64,000 nucleotides of DNA from a virus. The stretch spans positions 32,001 to 96,000 of the IMG/VR virus record IMGVR_UViG_3300048851_000098; one strand, written 5' to 3'. Shown piece by piece: positions 14,730 to 25,082 of this stretch. A program made the position numbers and the translations under genes. Every line of letters begins with the position of its first letter. Position 1 is the first letter of the stretch. The notes under the pieces are model-generated. The model made no database searches, was not told the origin of the DNA, and saw nothing but the letters and a program-made list of their open reading frames with translations.

Positions 14730-15455
14730 ATGCCGCGCGGGTTTGGAGCTGTTCGTCAGGCTGCCGCTGAGCTTGAAAGCAAGCGAGGCTCCGGTGGTCC
14801 GGGAGTCTTCTATTTCAAGTTGGACGCTGGCGAAGAAGCGGTAGTGCGATTTCTTGAGCAGGATGATGATGTCTTCTGCGCAATGATGCACGAAGTTCCT
14901 GTTGAAAATCGCAGTTGGGGTAAGAACGTCGTTTGCATCGATCAAGAGCGCGACGGTACACCTTGCCCCGGTTGCGAACGAGATATGGATCGCCGCTTCA
15001 AAGGCTTCATCAATGTTATTTGGTTCAATGCGCCCGTATTCAGACGTGATGCTGATAGAAAGCTGATCCGCGACAGCGCTACAAACAAGCCAGAGAAGAT
15101 TGGTGAAAGACCACAAGTAGCAGTGTGGAATTCAGGCATTCGCCTTTTCGAAGAACTTGAAGAGATCAACGCCAACTACAAAGGCTTGAAGTCTCGTCGT
15201 TTCAAGGTCAAGCGCAAGGGCAGAGGGCTTGATACGAAGTATGTAATCGTTCCCGAAGACATCGATTCTGGACCACAGCCGATGACTGAAGAGGAACAGA
15301 AGCTTGCGGCCGAGAAGCCTGATCTGAATCAGTTCACCAGACCAGGCACCTACGAAGATTTCCTGCGGGAATTGAGTGGTGGCGGTCAGTCGCAACAGAG
15401 TCAAGAAAGCGGTTCGGCTCCGTCGAGAGCTAACCCTTTCATGCGTAATCGCTAG
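14730..15455 (+). CDS. gp32-like single-stranded DNA-binding protein
   Basis: FKL..GEEAVVRFL, HEV, C...PCPGCE; flexible tail; sits between primase and polymerase. Confidence 0.7.
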   Translation: MPRGFGAVRQAAAELESKRGSGGPGVFYFKLDAGEEAVVRFLEQDDDVFCAMMHEVPVENRSWGKNVVCIDQERDGTPCPGCERDMDRRFKGFINVIWFNAPVFRRDADRKLIRDSATNKPEKIGERPQVAVWNSGIRLFEELEEINANYKGLKSRRFKVKRKGRGLDTKYVIVPEDIDSGPQPMTEEEQKLAAEKPDLNQFTRPGTYEDFLRELSGGGQSQQSQESGSAPSRANPFMRNR

Positions 15456-15484
15456 AAAAACAACAAACCAGGAGTAAGAGCAAA

Positions 15485-15808
15485 ATGGCTCCAAGACCGA
15501 ACCCTGCCGCTGCATCCAACGGCGAGGCCCCCGAGGTCGAAGGCGGGGAGAAGCAGAAGAGAGAGAAGAAGCCGGCGCTGTACCACATCTACGATGCGGA
15601 AAAGCTGGCCGACGCGCGTATCGGTTCCTACGACGCGATCAACGCCATGGGCGCCATCGCTGCGTTCATCGAATCGGGCGATCAGGAAGAGATCGCCGAG
15701 CAGGTAACGAACGGTAACCTCGTGGTCGCCGTGGTCCCTGAGCGCAACCAGACGGTCGCCTCCGCGCAGGTGCAGACGAAGACCAAGGTGAAGCTCTCCG
15801 CTGTGTAA
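15485..15808 (+). CDS. hypothetical protein with high-GC3 coding
   Basis: RBS AGGAG; strongly biased codons. Confidence 0.7.
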   Translation: MAPRPNPAAASNGEAPEVEGGEKQKREKKPALYHIYDAEKLADARIGSYDAINAMGAIAAFIESGDQEEIAEQVTNGNLVVAVVPERNQTVASAQVQTKTKVKLSAV

Positions 15809-15942
15809 TAATCTGATTGCTGTCGTAATTCCCGCCCGACAGCACTCGGCCAAGAATGCCGCGTACCGCACCGTCGTCAACCGGTGTAGGGCGCGGCATT
15901 CGCCTTTCTTGAGCAGAGTATGTACATAACCGAGGATATGTC

Positions 15943-18900
15943 TTGACAATTGTTCACTTGCATCGCCACAGCGAATTCTCAAGACTTGATGGAATTGGTA
16001 CTGCTCGGCAATATGCAAGACGAGCTGCTGAGCTTGGACAGCCAGCACTTGCACAGACAGATCACGGTACCCTTTCAGGAGCACTGCATCATATTGTCGC
16101 TTGCGCTGGTAAAGATGAAAAGGGCAAGCGAATTCATGATCCGATCATTCCGATCTCAGGCGTCGAAGCTTACTTCCGTCCAGATCGTAGACTCGCTGTA
16201 AAATTTAGACAGCGTCAAGCGTGGCATTTGTGTCTGTTTGCTCGTAATCTCAAAGGCTGGCACAATCTCCTGAATATCGTCTCGACTGCTTATGCCGATC
16301 CGAAGGACGGCGGTGGCTTCTATCAGTACCCGTGTGTCGATTGGGAACTGCTCGAACGATATAAAGAGGGCCTTGCTGTCTCTTCGGCTTGCATCTCCTC
16401 ATATCTTTCAACACTCGTACAGGATGGACACGCTGCTTCCATCAGAGAGTTTGTTGGGAGAATGCTCTCGATCTTCGGAGAGAATTTCTGGATCGAGATC
16501 ATGCCGCACGACTTCGAGGAGCAGTGGAGACTCAATCTGGCCCTCGTAGATGTCGCGCAGGAATTCAGTGTCCCTCTGATCGCTACTAACGATGCTCACT
16601 TCCCCTTCAGAGAGTGGGCAGAGACGCAGCGTGTAGCGAAGCTCTGCGGGACCAAGAGATCTTTCAAGTCAGTCGAGATTGACAAGGCGAAGGGCAGAGC
16701 GAGCTACCTCGCGGATCTTCACCCGACTTTGTATCTGGCTTCCGAGGATGAAATGCGGACGTGGTTCCGCAAGCATCATCCTGGTATTCCGCCATCGGTT
16801 GTTGATGAGTCAATCAGCAACACGGTTTTGTTCATGCAGAAGATCAAATTCTTCATGCTCGACAAGACCGACAAGCTTCCCAAGGTCGTCAACTCGAAAG
16901 ACGAAGGCGAAGCCCTTTTGAGATCGTGGATCGATGAGGGATGGGATCGACTCTGTGAGGAATACCCCGAAGACCATTGGGATAGATGGTCCAGACAGAC
17001 ATATTTGGATCGTATTGAGTCGGAATGGAAAATCCTCAAGAGCAAGGGAGTAATTGATTACTTCCTGCTGACTGGTGATGTTGTCCGCTGGTGTAAGAGT
17101 GACGCTCCTCTTCCAGACAGATCAACATGGGAGAAATTCAGACATGAAGAGGGAAGAAAGCGACCAATTCGTGTTGGTCTTGGTCGTGGCTCTGCTGCTG
17201 GCTGCCTCATTTCGTATCTGGTTGGAATTGTTGCGATTGATCCCATTTCGTGGGGACTTCTTTTCGAGCGTTTTCTCAATCCTTCGCGCAAGGGTCTTCC
17301 GGATATCGACCTCGATTTCCAGAGACACCGCCGGCATGAAGTCAAGGAATACATCTCCCAACAGCACGGTCGAGATCACGTTGCAGACATCATCACCCAT
17401 GCTCGATTCCAACCAAAATCTGTACTCAAGGCGCTCTGTCGAGTTCATGACATCCCGTTTGCAGAGTCGAGAGCGGTAACAGACACAATCGAGATCCGGC
17501 AGGATTCAGAAGAAACAACACTCGAAGAGCTGCTTCCGCTCAACGAAGCACTGAGAGCTTTCAAGAACAGATATCCCCAAATTTGGGAACACGCGCTGCG
17601 TCTTGAAGGCACAGTAGAAAATGCCGGCAAGCATGCTTCCGGAGTAATCATCACTCCCAAGCCTGTTGCTGATTACATGGCGTTGGAACGAGGCACGAGA
17701 GGCGATCTCGTAACGTCATGGTCAGATGCAGCCGACTTCCCCGTTGTTTCTGATCACGGTCTGGTCAAGATTGATGCTCTCGGCTTGCTCGGCTTGGAAA
17801 AGCACGATCACTCACTGCTCGCTATCGAGAGACGCCACAAAAAGTTCATCGATCTCAATAGATTGCCGCCCCTGCGCAATCCATATGACGTAGACGATGA
17901 AGTGCTTGAAGGATTCCGCAAAGGCTGGACTATCGGAATCTTTCAGTTCGGCTCACGCGGCATCACGAGCCTCATGCGCGACATCTCACCGTCCGGCGCT
18001 GCCCTTGACATCGCCGCAGCGAACGCGCTCTACCGTCCTGGCCCTATGAAGGGTGGAGTCACCTGGGACTACCCGAAGCGCAAGAGAATGGCTATCCAGA
18101 ACGACGGCCATTTCGATGAGTGGTACTGGCATGAGTACGTCTTTCCGATTCTGTCTGAGACGTACGGCTTGGTCTGTTATCAGGAACAGGTGATGGAGAT
18201 CTCGAAGCAGCTCGGCGGCTTCTCAGGTGCCGAAGCTGATGATCTCCGCAAGGCCATGGGCAAGCTCTACCGCATCAAGGGCGGTAACGCTGCCAAGGAA
18301 TTCATGAAGCGGTTCGAGGAAAGATGGTTCGCCGGCTGTGTGAACCGTGAAATCCCAATCGATATCGCTCACGAGATCTGGAACAAGATCCTTGAGTTCG
18401 GTCACTACGGATTCAATAAGTCGCACTCCGCATCATATGCACTTCAGGCATATCAAGACATGTGGCTTAAGGTGCATTACCCAATCGAATTCTATGCGGC
18501 ATTTCTCACGTACGAAGCTGATGACGATAAGAGAATGGCTGCTATCCGCGAGGCTCGTGGTCGCGAGATTCAGATTCTCCCACCTTGTATCAACTCATCT
18601 GATATCGGATGGACAGCAGATGATAATTGCATTCGCATGGGTATCCCTTCTATCAAGGGGCTTGGTGACAAAGGCGCCGCTGCCATCATCAAAGAGCGCG
18701 CCTATGGAAGATTCGAGAGCATCGATGACTTCAGAGAGCGAGTACCAGCAAAATCAGTAAACAGAAGAGCGCAAGAGGCTCTGTTTGAATCTGGCGCACT
18801 TGATTGCTTTGAGGCCCGAAGAGGCGTTGACGAGAGAATCATTGCTGCGTGGGAAAAGGCTCGCTTGAACATGAGCCTTACGGTGCCGAGTGGCGCCGAC

Positions 18901-19248
18901 AGATATGCAGAAGTGCTGAAGAGAAACATCTACACGCAAGATGAAGTCGCGTCGTATATGCCTGGCACCACTGTGATTGTCGGTGGGGAAATCACCAGAT
19001 TCGAAGTGAAGAACACAAGACGTGGCTCACCCTTTGCCAACGTCGATCTGATCTTTGAACTGAATCAATATCGCGTCAAGTTCTGGTCAGAAGCGCTTGA
19101 AGAAAACTACTCTAAGTTGGCTGAAGGCAACACCATCATCGTTGCCGGAAAGATTGATGAGTGGAATGGATTTCGATCAGTAGTAGCACGCGATGTAACA
19201 GACGATCTGCAAGCTTTGGAAGGTAAAGATGCCAGTCAACCCGAATAA
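15943..19248 (+). CDS. dnaE: DNA polymerase III alpha subunit
   Basis: PHP HLHRHS/TDHG/GVEAY/TNDAH; GRGSAAG; PDIDLDF; GKHASG; KIDALGL; YGFNKSHS; OB tail; no intein. Confidence 0.97.
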   Translation: MTIVHLHRHSEFSRLDGIGTARQYARRAAELGQPALAQTDHGTLSGALHHIVACAGKDEKGKRIHDPIIPISGVEAYFRPDRRLAVKFRQRQAWHLCLFARNLKGWHNLLNIVSTAYADPKDGGGFYQYPCVDWELLERYKEGLAVSSACISSYLSTLVQDGHAASIREFVGRMLSIFGENFWIEIMPHDFEEQWRLNLALVDVAQEFSVPLIATNDAHFPFREWAETQRVAKLCGTKRSFKSVEIDKAKGRASYLADLHPTLYLASEDEMRTWFRKHHPGIPPSVVDESISNTVLFMQKIKFFMLDKTDKLPKVVNSKDEGEALLRSWIDEGWDRLCEEYPEDHWDRWSRQTYLDRIESEWKILKSKGVIDYFLLTGDVVRWCKSDAPLPDRSTWEKFRHEEGRKRPIRVGLGRGSAAGCLISYLVGIVAIDPISWGLLFERFLNPSRKGLPDIDLDFQRHRRHEVKEYISQQHGRDHVADIITHARFQPKSVLKALCRVHDIPFAESRAVTDTIEIRQDSEETTLEELLPLNEALRAFKNRYPQIWEHALRLEGTVENAGKHASGVIITPKPVADYMALERGTRGDLVTSWSDAADFPVVSDHGLVKIDALGLLGLEKHDHSLLAIERRHKKFIDLNRLPPLRNPYDVDDEVLEGFRKGWTIGIFQFGSRGITSLMRDISPSGAALDIAAANALYRPGPMKGGVTWDYPKRKRMAIQNDGHFDEWYWHEYVFPILSETYGLVCYQEQVMEISKQLGGFSGAEADDLRKAMGKLYRIKGGNAAKEFMKRFEERWFAGCVNREIPIDIAHEIWNKILEFGHYGFNKSHSASYALQAYQDMWLKVHYPIEFYAAFLTYEADDDKRMAAIREARGREIQILPPCINSSDIGWTADDNCIRMGIPSIKGLGDKGAAAIIKERAYGRFESIDDFRERVPAKSVNRRAQEALFESGALDCFEARRGVDERIIAAWEKARLNMSLTVPSGADRYAEVLKRNIYTQDEVASYMPGTTVIVGGEITRFEVKNTRRGSPFANVDLIFELNQYRVKFWSEALEENYSKLAEGNTIIVAGKIDEWNGFRSVVARDVTDDLQALEGKDASQPE

Positions 19249-20260
19249 TTGGGATGATATTGTTGCGAGAATCAACAAGAAATACGAGAATGACATTCGA
19301 CTTGGAAATGACTTTCAGAAAGTAAGCCGAATCCCGACTGGCTCTCTCGAACTGGATGCCGCAATGGGTGGCGGTGTCCCTATCGGTCGCTGGACGCGCT
19401 TCTATGGTGGCTATTCATCTACTAAATCAACTCGTGCCCTGAGTGTTGTTCGCGAAGCTCAGAAGATGGGCCTGCTCTGTGCCTATTACAACTTGGAGAA
19501 GCAATACGATCCGGTGTTCACAAAGAACAGCATCGGCGTCGATGTCGATAACTTGACGGTCGTAGAAGGAACGTCAATCGAAGAGGTTGGCGACAAGATG
19601 GAAGCGCTCTTCCAAGTTGTCCATCTTCACGTCATCGATTCGTGTTCGATTGCTGTTTCCGAAGATGAGCTTGATGCTGATATTCGTGAGTGGCGCCCCG
19701 GTATTACCTCGCGCGCTTGGGGCAAGGTGTTTCGTCGTCTGAATGAGCGCTTCGATCAGAACGAGAACACCGTGATCATGATCGATCAGGTGCGAACCAA
19801 CTTCAAGACGGGCGCCGAAGAGGCCCCCGGTGGGCGCATCCTTGATCACCAATCCTCTATGACCATCCACTTCAAAAAGGGCGCTTGGCTCCACCGCGCA
19901 GAGGATGGATTCCTTGACGACAGAGCTAGACAGGCCAGAGGCGCATCAGGTCAGATGGAGCCTGCGGGCATTGAGGTCAGAGCACGTGTGATGAAGTCGC
20001 GCGTCTGTCGGCCATTTCGCACTGCAACGATGCGTTTTGATTTCAAGTCACTCGGTTTCGATAACGAATTTGAAGTCATCAAAGCTGCAAAGTATTACGG
20101 GATTGTAGACGTTAGAGGTCGCTTCATCTACTACACGCCTCCGCAAGGTGGAGAAGCGATCCGTTTCGACAACAGAGTAGATTTTCGCAACTTTGTGCGT
20201 AGCGATATCTCTTTCCAGGAAGAGGTTCGCGACCGTGTGATGAGATCATTGGATCGTTGA
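19229..20260 (+). CDS. recA: RecA/UvsX-like recombinase
   Basis: IPTGSLELDAAMGGGVPIGR; variant P-loop GGYSSTKS; VIDS; IDQVR; PGGRIL. Confidence 0.9.
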   Translation: MPVNPNNWDDIVARINKKYENDIRLGNDFQKVSRIPTGSLELDAAMGGGVPIGRWTRFYGGYSSTKSTRALSVVREAQKMGLLCAYYNLEKQYDPVFTKNSIGVDVDNLTVVEGTSIEEVGDKMEALFQVVHLHVIDSCSIAVSEDELDADIREWRPGITSRAWGKVFRRLNERFDQNENTVIMIDQVRTNFKTGAEEAPGGRILDHQSSMTIHFKKGAWLHRAEDGFLDDRARQARGASGQMEPAGIEVRARVMKSRVCRPFRTATMRFDFKSLGFDNEFEVIKAAKYYGIVDVRGRFIYYTPPQGGEAIRFDNRVDFRNFVRSDISFQEEVRDRVMRSLDR

Positions 20261-20468
20261 TAATTTGATAGGATAAATCTGTGTCGAAGCTCTGCAAAAT
20301 CTGTGACCGACCAACTCACAATGGTTTGTGCAACATGATCGAACTGAGCAATGGCAAGATTGTTCACGCACATCGCGTGGATTCTTACGAAGGCGATGTA
20401 CGAAAGCAAATCGAACGTGGCGAAGTCAAAGTAAGAAACCGCTGGATCAAGAGACGGTAGGTGTATCT

Positions 20469-20648
20469 ATGCCGATTGAAATAACAAGAGCTGTCTTGAG
20501 AAGGGGCTATGCCTACTGTCTTCACTGTGAAGGCAAGGGTTGTCGTTCAAAATACGACGAGGGCTGGCGATCACTCGCTCATAGTCCCGAACTTGCCGCA
20601 CCACGAACATGCGGTTGGTGCAATGGCACAGGCTTGAGGAAGATATGA
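20469..20648 (+). CDS. small protein with DnaJ-type CxxCxGxG repeats
   Basis: CLHCEGKG...CGWCNGTG. Confidence 0.6.
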   Translation: MPIEITRAVLRRGYAYCLHCEGKGCRSKYDEGWRSLAHSPELAAPRTCGWCNGTGLRKI

Positions 20649-21181
20649 CGCTTGTCGTAAATCTCTTCGGCGGCCCTGGAAGTGGCAAGTCAACGACTGC
20701 CGCTGGCGTCTTTCATGACCTGAAGATGAACGGAACAAATGTCGAAATTGCTCATGAATTCGCCAAGGATCTTGTATGGGACAAGTCAGACCGAATGCAC
20801 TTTGAATGCCAGCCGCGCATTGCCGGTGAGCAGATTTGGCGCATCGAGCGACTGATCGGACAAGTTGATGTTGTAATCACTGATAGCCCGGTTCTGTTGT
20901 GCTCGCTTTATCACAAGAGCAGTGGGCCTGTTGAAGAGGCTTTCGACAAATTTCTGATTGAGCAGTGCAAGCACTGGCCTGCGTTGAACATTTACATCAA
21001 CCGTAGTGGTCGCCCTTATAACCCAAGAGGTCGCAATCAGACGCTTGAAGAGGCATTGGATCTTGATGCACAGATTCGTGACTTGCTTGCGCGAACTGAA
21101 ACGCAATACACGACAACTACTGTAGAAGAAGCAACTGACTACACGTATCGACAAATCCGCGATTATATCGGTGGTACGTGA
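20645..21181 (+). CDS. NadR/AAA_28-like P-loop nucleotide kinase
   Basis: VVNLFGGPGSGKST; EFAKDLVW; VITDSPVLL. Confidence 0.8.
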   Translation: MTLVVNLFGGPGSGKSTTAAGVFHDLKMNGTNVEIAHEFAKDLVWDKSDRMHFECQPRIAGEQIWRIERLIGQVDVVITDSPVLLCSLYHKSSGPVEEAFDKFLIEQCKHWPALNIYINRSGRPYNPRGRNQTLEEALDLDAQIRDLLARTETQYTTTTVEEATDYTYRQIRDYIGGT

Positions 21182-21573
21182 TGAATGTCTACATTGCTGG
21201 ACGCACTTATGCTAATACTGCGATCACTGAAGTAGAAGACGTAGTAGAAAATCTCGGTCATGAAATCACTTTCAAGTGGTGGCTCGCCGACGAAGAACAA
21301 AACTGGCGAATCGATCAAGGAATCGCTGCTGATCTTGCTGGTAGAGAACGACAAGCGGTTTGGGAAGCAGATCTTCTTATCCTTTGTTATGCAGAGGATT
21401 TGCTTGGCGGTCTGATTGAAACTGGAATCGCAATTGGTGAAGACAAAGACGTATATATTCTCAATGCGTTTCGAGAATCAGTGTTTTGGCATCTACCCAA
21501 TGTGTATCTGCTGAGAGATATCGAAGAGCTGAAGGTTGCTCTTCGACATGAAAGATACCGTTGGCTGACGTAA
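21178..21573 (+). CDS. nucleoside 2-deoxyribosyltransferase-like protein
   Basis: VYIAG...AVWEADLLIL...GGLIETGIAIG. Confidence 0.7.
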   Translation: MMNVYIAGRTYANTAITEVEDVVENLGHEITFKWWLADEEQNWRIDQGIAADLAGRERQAVWEADLLILCYAEDLLGGLIETGIAIGEDKDVYILNAFRESVFWHLPNVYLLRDIEELKVALRHERYRWLT

Positions 21574-21812
21574 CGAGACGAAATCCTTTTATTCTCAAAG
21601 CCAAGAGACGCGAGCTAGATCAGCTCAGAATTGGCGATGAAGTAGAAGCAGTATGGAAGGTTGATCCGGCGTATTCAGTCAAGGGTCAGTCAACTGCTCG
21701 GCACAAAGGAAGAATTACTAGAATTTCCGGATGGGGAATAGAAATAGTAGACAAAGATAATGTCTACATGTATTCTCTGTACTACATGTTCTCGTCGGTA
21801 AGAAAGATATGA
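21561..21812 (+). CDS. hypothetical protein
   Basis: Coupled ORF. Confidence 0.5.
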   Translation: MADVTRRNPFILKAKRRELDQLRIGDEVEAVWKVDPAYSVKGQSTARHKGRITRISGWGIEIVDKDNVYMYSLYYMFSSVRKI

Positions 21813-22825
21813 TCTACGACAAGAAAAACATTGCGTCACTAAAGCTTAGAAGCGCTTCTTATCTGCGGAGACTTACTCGCAATGAGATGCTGACGCGAAT
21901 GCAGATTGTTCGTAGTCTTGAGCCAATCGTCGCTAGCGCATATAAAGACGTAGAAGATCGCAAGTGGAGAGAGCAACTTGATGACTCTCCACACGGGAAC
22001 CCGTGGCACGTTTCCTTCCATGCCTCTCAGTTTCCCGGTGATAACCCGATGGCGTGCCCTCGGCAATCGCTGTACCGGATGATGGATCTTCCATCTGAGA
22101 CGCCATTCTCGCGCGCCAGTCGTACCGTCATGTCCGCAGGCAAGGGCATTGAGATTGAGCTGGTGCAGACCTTTTCCGACGCTGGCATTCTGCTGAGCGC
22201 CAGACCTGATGACGAAGTGCAGACGGGATTTGAGATTCCAGATGTGTGGCTGACTGGATCAGTTGACTGCGTAATTCTGCCGCCTCGTTGGAACAAGCCT
22301 CTGCCCATCGAGATCAAGACGAAGTACCAAGAGAACATCAACAGAATGAAGCTTGGTCTTCAAGGTCCAGATGATGGACACGTATTTCAGATCAAAGTGC
22401 AATTGGCTCTACTTGCTCTGAGACAGAAGGAATACTGGCCTGGTCTTGATCAGATCACACACGGCTACATCTACTACTTGTCGCGAGATCGCCCTGATGA
22501 CACAGCAGAATTTCGTGTCGATCTCGATATGCGCTTCTATGAAGCAGGCGTAGAGCAGCTTTTGAAGTGGAAGCAAATGTTTCTTGATGAAGTATTGCCC
22601 GAGTATGACCCTGGTAAGCGCACTACCAAGTTCGGTCACCCGATGGGTTGGAAGTGGAGCAAACTTCCTTGTGCGTGGTGCTCTTTCAGAAAAACATGCC
22701 AACTTGATTTCCGTCAGAACATTCAGGAGATGAGAGAATCAGTTGGCATTGAGCGGGCGAAGCTGGTTCGGCCTCAATACGATTACCAAGTCGCCCGACA
22801 GAGAGTTTTGGAGCGGTGGAGATGA
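21809..22825 (+). CDS. PD-(D/E)xK exonuclease (RecB/Cas4-like)
   Basis: ACPRQ; GSVDC...IEIKTK; Q motif; C-terminal CAWCSFRKTC. Confidence 0.8.
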   Translation: MIYDKKNIASLKLRSASYLRRLTRNEMLTRMQIVRSLEPIVASAYKDVEDRKWREQLDDSPHGNPWHVSFHASQFPGDNPMACPRQSLYRMMDLPSETPFSRASRTVMSAGKGIEIELVQTFSDAGILLSARPDDEVQTGFEIPDVWLTGSVDCVILPPRWNKPLPIEIKTKYQENINRMKLGLQGPDDGHVFQIKVQLALLALRQKEYWPGLDQITHGYIYYLSRDRPDDTAEFRVDLDMRFYEAGVEQLLKWKQMFLDEVLPEYDPGKRTTKFGHPMGWKWSKLPCAWCSFRKTCQLDFRQNIQEMRESVGIERAKLVRPQYDYQVARQRVLERWR

Positions 22826-23346
22826 CCGCCTACTACGCGGGTATCGGATCACGAGAGACGCCCAGCGACATCCTCGCTGTCATGGAAAAGGCCGCTTGGC
22901 ATCTGAATAAGGAGGGCTGGACCCTCCGCAGCGGTCACGCACCTGGAGCAGATCAGGCTTTTGAGAATGGTGCTCGTGGTAAGGCTCAGATCTTTTTGCC
23001 ATGGAGAACATTTGAATCAGAAGTGCGCGTATGCGCAGCAGAGGTATACAACGAACCAATCAGACAAGCATATGCAGTAGCAGCGGAGTTTCATCCGGCT
23101 TGGGAAAAACTCAGAAGAGCTGCGAAGACTCTCCACGCTCGTAACACACATCAGATGCTCGGTCCAAAGCTTGATGATGTTTCATCATTTGTTATATGTT
23201 GGACTAGGAATGGCAGAGCATCCGGAGGCACCGCCCAAGCATTGCGTATTGCTGAGAGTTTTCAGATTCAGATCTTCAATCTTGGCGATCCGTTTGATCT
23301 GCAACTCATTGAGAAATGGCTGAATAAGACGAAGGGAAAGAAGTGA
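22822..23346 (+). CDS. DprA/SLOG-family protein
   Basis: YAGIGSRETP, LRSGHAPGADQAFE, ARNTHQMLG, GGTAQA. Confidence 0.8.
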   Translation: MTAYYAGIGSRETPSDILAVMEKAAWHLNKEGWTLRSGHAPGADQAFENGARGKAQIFLPWRTFESEVRVCAAEVYNEPIRQAYAVAAEFHPAWEKLRRAAKTLHARNTHQMLGPKLDDVSSFVICWTRNGRASGGTAQALRIAESFQIQIFNLGDPFDLQLIEKWLNKTKGKK

Positions 23347-24563
23347 ACGCTGAAAAAGCACGAGCTATTCTGGCTCAGGCTAAAGCAGATGAGACATACG
23401 AAGGGCCAATCCCTGAAGATGACTCGAAGGCAATTTCCGAAGCCAATAATCTCGTAGAACAAGCTCAGACCGCATGGGATCAGTTCGCTCGCGGCCCTGA
23501 AGTAGAATCAATTTTGCGCATTGCCAAGGAAGATTTCGGTGGCGATGCAACACCCGAAGCAATCGAAGAATCAGAAGCACCGGCTGATGAAGTGTCGGAT
23601 GTGGTCCCTGATGCTCCTGCTCCTATGACTGAAGAGGAGATGCAAACCACAGAGCCCTGGGATAACTATTCGATTGAGCGTGTTTCAGATGTTATTTCTG
23701 GAATCAATGCGGCAGTCGATAGTTTCTCTGAGCAAGATCTCACTGACCTCATGGGTCACATTTGGATCTACGAAGAGGCAAATAAGAGACGTGCGACAGT
23801 TCTCACCCATCTTCAGGATATTGCGAATCGTCTTGAGAATGGATCTGATCTGCCAGATGATCCTGAAGATGCACAGCCGGACGCACCTGGCACGCCTGAG
23901 CCTGAAGTAGAACCAGAGCCAGAGCCAACGCCCGAACCCAATCCTGAGCCGGCCCCTGCACCGGCAGCCGATCCTGAGCCTGAGCCAGAACCGGAGCCTG
24001 CTAGAGAGCCAGAAGAAGTACCAACACCTGAGCCGGAAGCAAGAGAACCGGAGCAGGAAAGAAGCGAATATTCAGATCTCGTCAGCAGAGTCAATGATGA
24101 GTTGAGTCGTGAGCGTATGCACACGCCTGAGCCACCATCTGAAGAAGTCCCTGATTTGCCTTGGGACTGGACGAAGATGTCTGATGCAGAGTTGCATCGC
24201 TTCTACGGAATCTACTCAAACATTTGTTACTACAAGTCATACCTGCTCGAAAGAGACGAGCGTATGACAGCGCATTGCCGTCAAGCTGCGGACGAGATTC
24301 ACAATGCTCTGCTCGTAAGACTCGATAAGTACGATGACAACGGCAAGCAAAAGACAATGACGTTGCTTGAGGCAGAGATCGAGAATCACGATCTCGTAAA
24401 GAGCTGGCGTCATCGTCAGCGCAAGCATGAAATGTATGCGTCGGGCCACCGTCGTGAACGTGACTCCCTGATCAAACTGGTCGAGGCCCTGTCTCGCGCA
24501 GAGTCCATGCGCCAGCAGGAATGGGAGCGCAGTGGTGGCAAGTCCGGACGCAGAGTGAAGTAA
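23343..24563 (+). CDS. acidic protein with a Pro-Glu repeat linker and helical C-terminus
   Basis: PEPEVEPEPEPTPEPNPEP tract at about 23890-24050. Confidence 0.8.
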   Translation: MNAEKARAILAQAKADETYEGPIPEDDSKAISEANNLVEQAQTAWDQFARGPEVESILRIAKEDFGGDATPEAIEESEAPADEVSDVVPDAPAPMTEEEMQTTEPWDNYSIERVSDVISGINAAVDSFSEQDLTDLMGHIWIYEEANKRRATVLTHLQDIANRLENGSDLPDDPEDAQPDAPGTPEPEVEPEPEPTPEPNPEPAPAPAADPEPEPEPEPAREPEEVPTPEPEAREPEQERSEYSDLVSRVNDELSRERMHTPEPPSEEVPDLPWDWTKMSDAELHRFYGIYSNICYYKSYLLERDERMTAHCRQAADEIHNALLVRLDKYDDNGKQKTMTLLEAEIENHDLVKSWRHRQRKHEMYASGHRRERDSLIKLVEALSRAESMRQQEWERSGGKSGRRVK

Positions 24564-24635
24564 GATTCTGATGGGGCGCGCAACTACACGGATGGTGATC
24601 ACCGAGGCTGGCTCTGTGCGCCCCGCCAGCCTCCT

Positions 24636-25082
24636 TTGCGGGGGTCGCGCGTGATCACTCTGCGCATTGCTGGTCAAGCTAAGGGCAAGGACCGTCCAAG
24701 ATTCAATACGTTCACTAGAAGAACGTATTCGTCTTCCAGCAATATGATTTCTGAGAACGATGTGCGAGCTGTCTGGCGTGAAGCTGGCGAACCGCGTATC
24801 GATGATGACGTTGCAGTGGGAATCGCGCTCAGAATCGAAGTACCTCGCCCGCAAGGTCATTTCAAAGCTAACGGTGAGTTGTCCGCAACAGGACTGCGAC
24901 ACCCTGTGCCTCGAAGCAGAAAGCCTGATTTGGATAACGCGGTGAAACTTGTGATGGATGCGCTGAATACTCGCGCTTACAGAGATGACGTACGAATCGC
25001 TCGTGTTTACTGTGAACGGGTATGGGGTGATTGGCCCTTGACAGTCGTAAAGATTTGGCCTTTGCATGAGCCGGTTGAATGA
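24636..25082 (+). CDS. rusA: RusA-like Holliday junction resolvase
   Basis: KGKDRPRF; KPDLDNAVKLVMDALN..YRDD. Confidence 0.9.
   Translation: MRGSRVITLRIAGQAKGKDRPRFNTFTRRTYSSSSNMISENDVRAVWREAGEPRIDDDVAVGIALRIEVPRPQGHFKANGELSATGLRHPVPRSRKPDLDNAVKLVMDALNTRAYRDDVRIARVYCERVWGDWPLTVVKIWPLHEPVE

Noticed and set aside
21809-22825. CRISPR-associated Cas4
   Set aside because: No repeat-spacer array or other cas genes; the context is phage recombination.
23890-24050. Tandem DNA repeats or CRISPR-like array (also collagen region 55430-55640)
   Set aside because: Imperfect in-frame codon repeats encoding a Pro-Glu linker and GXY triplets.
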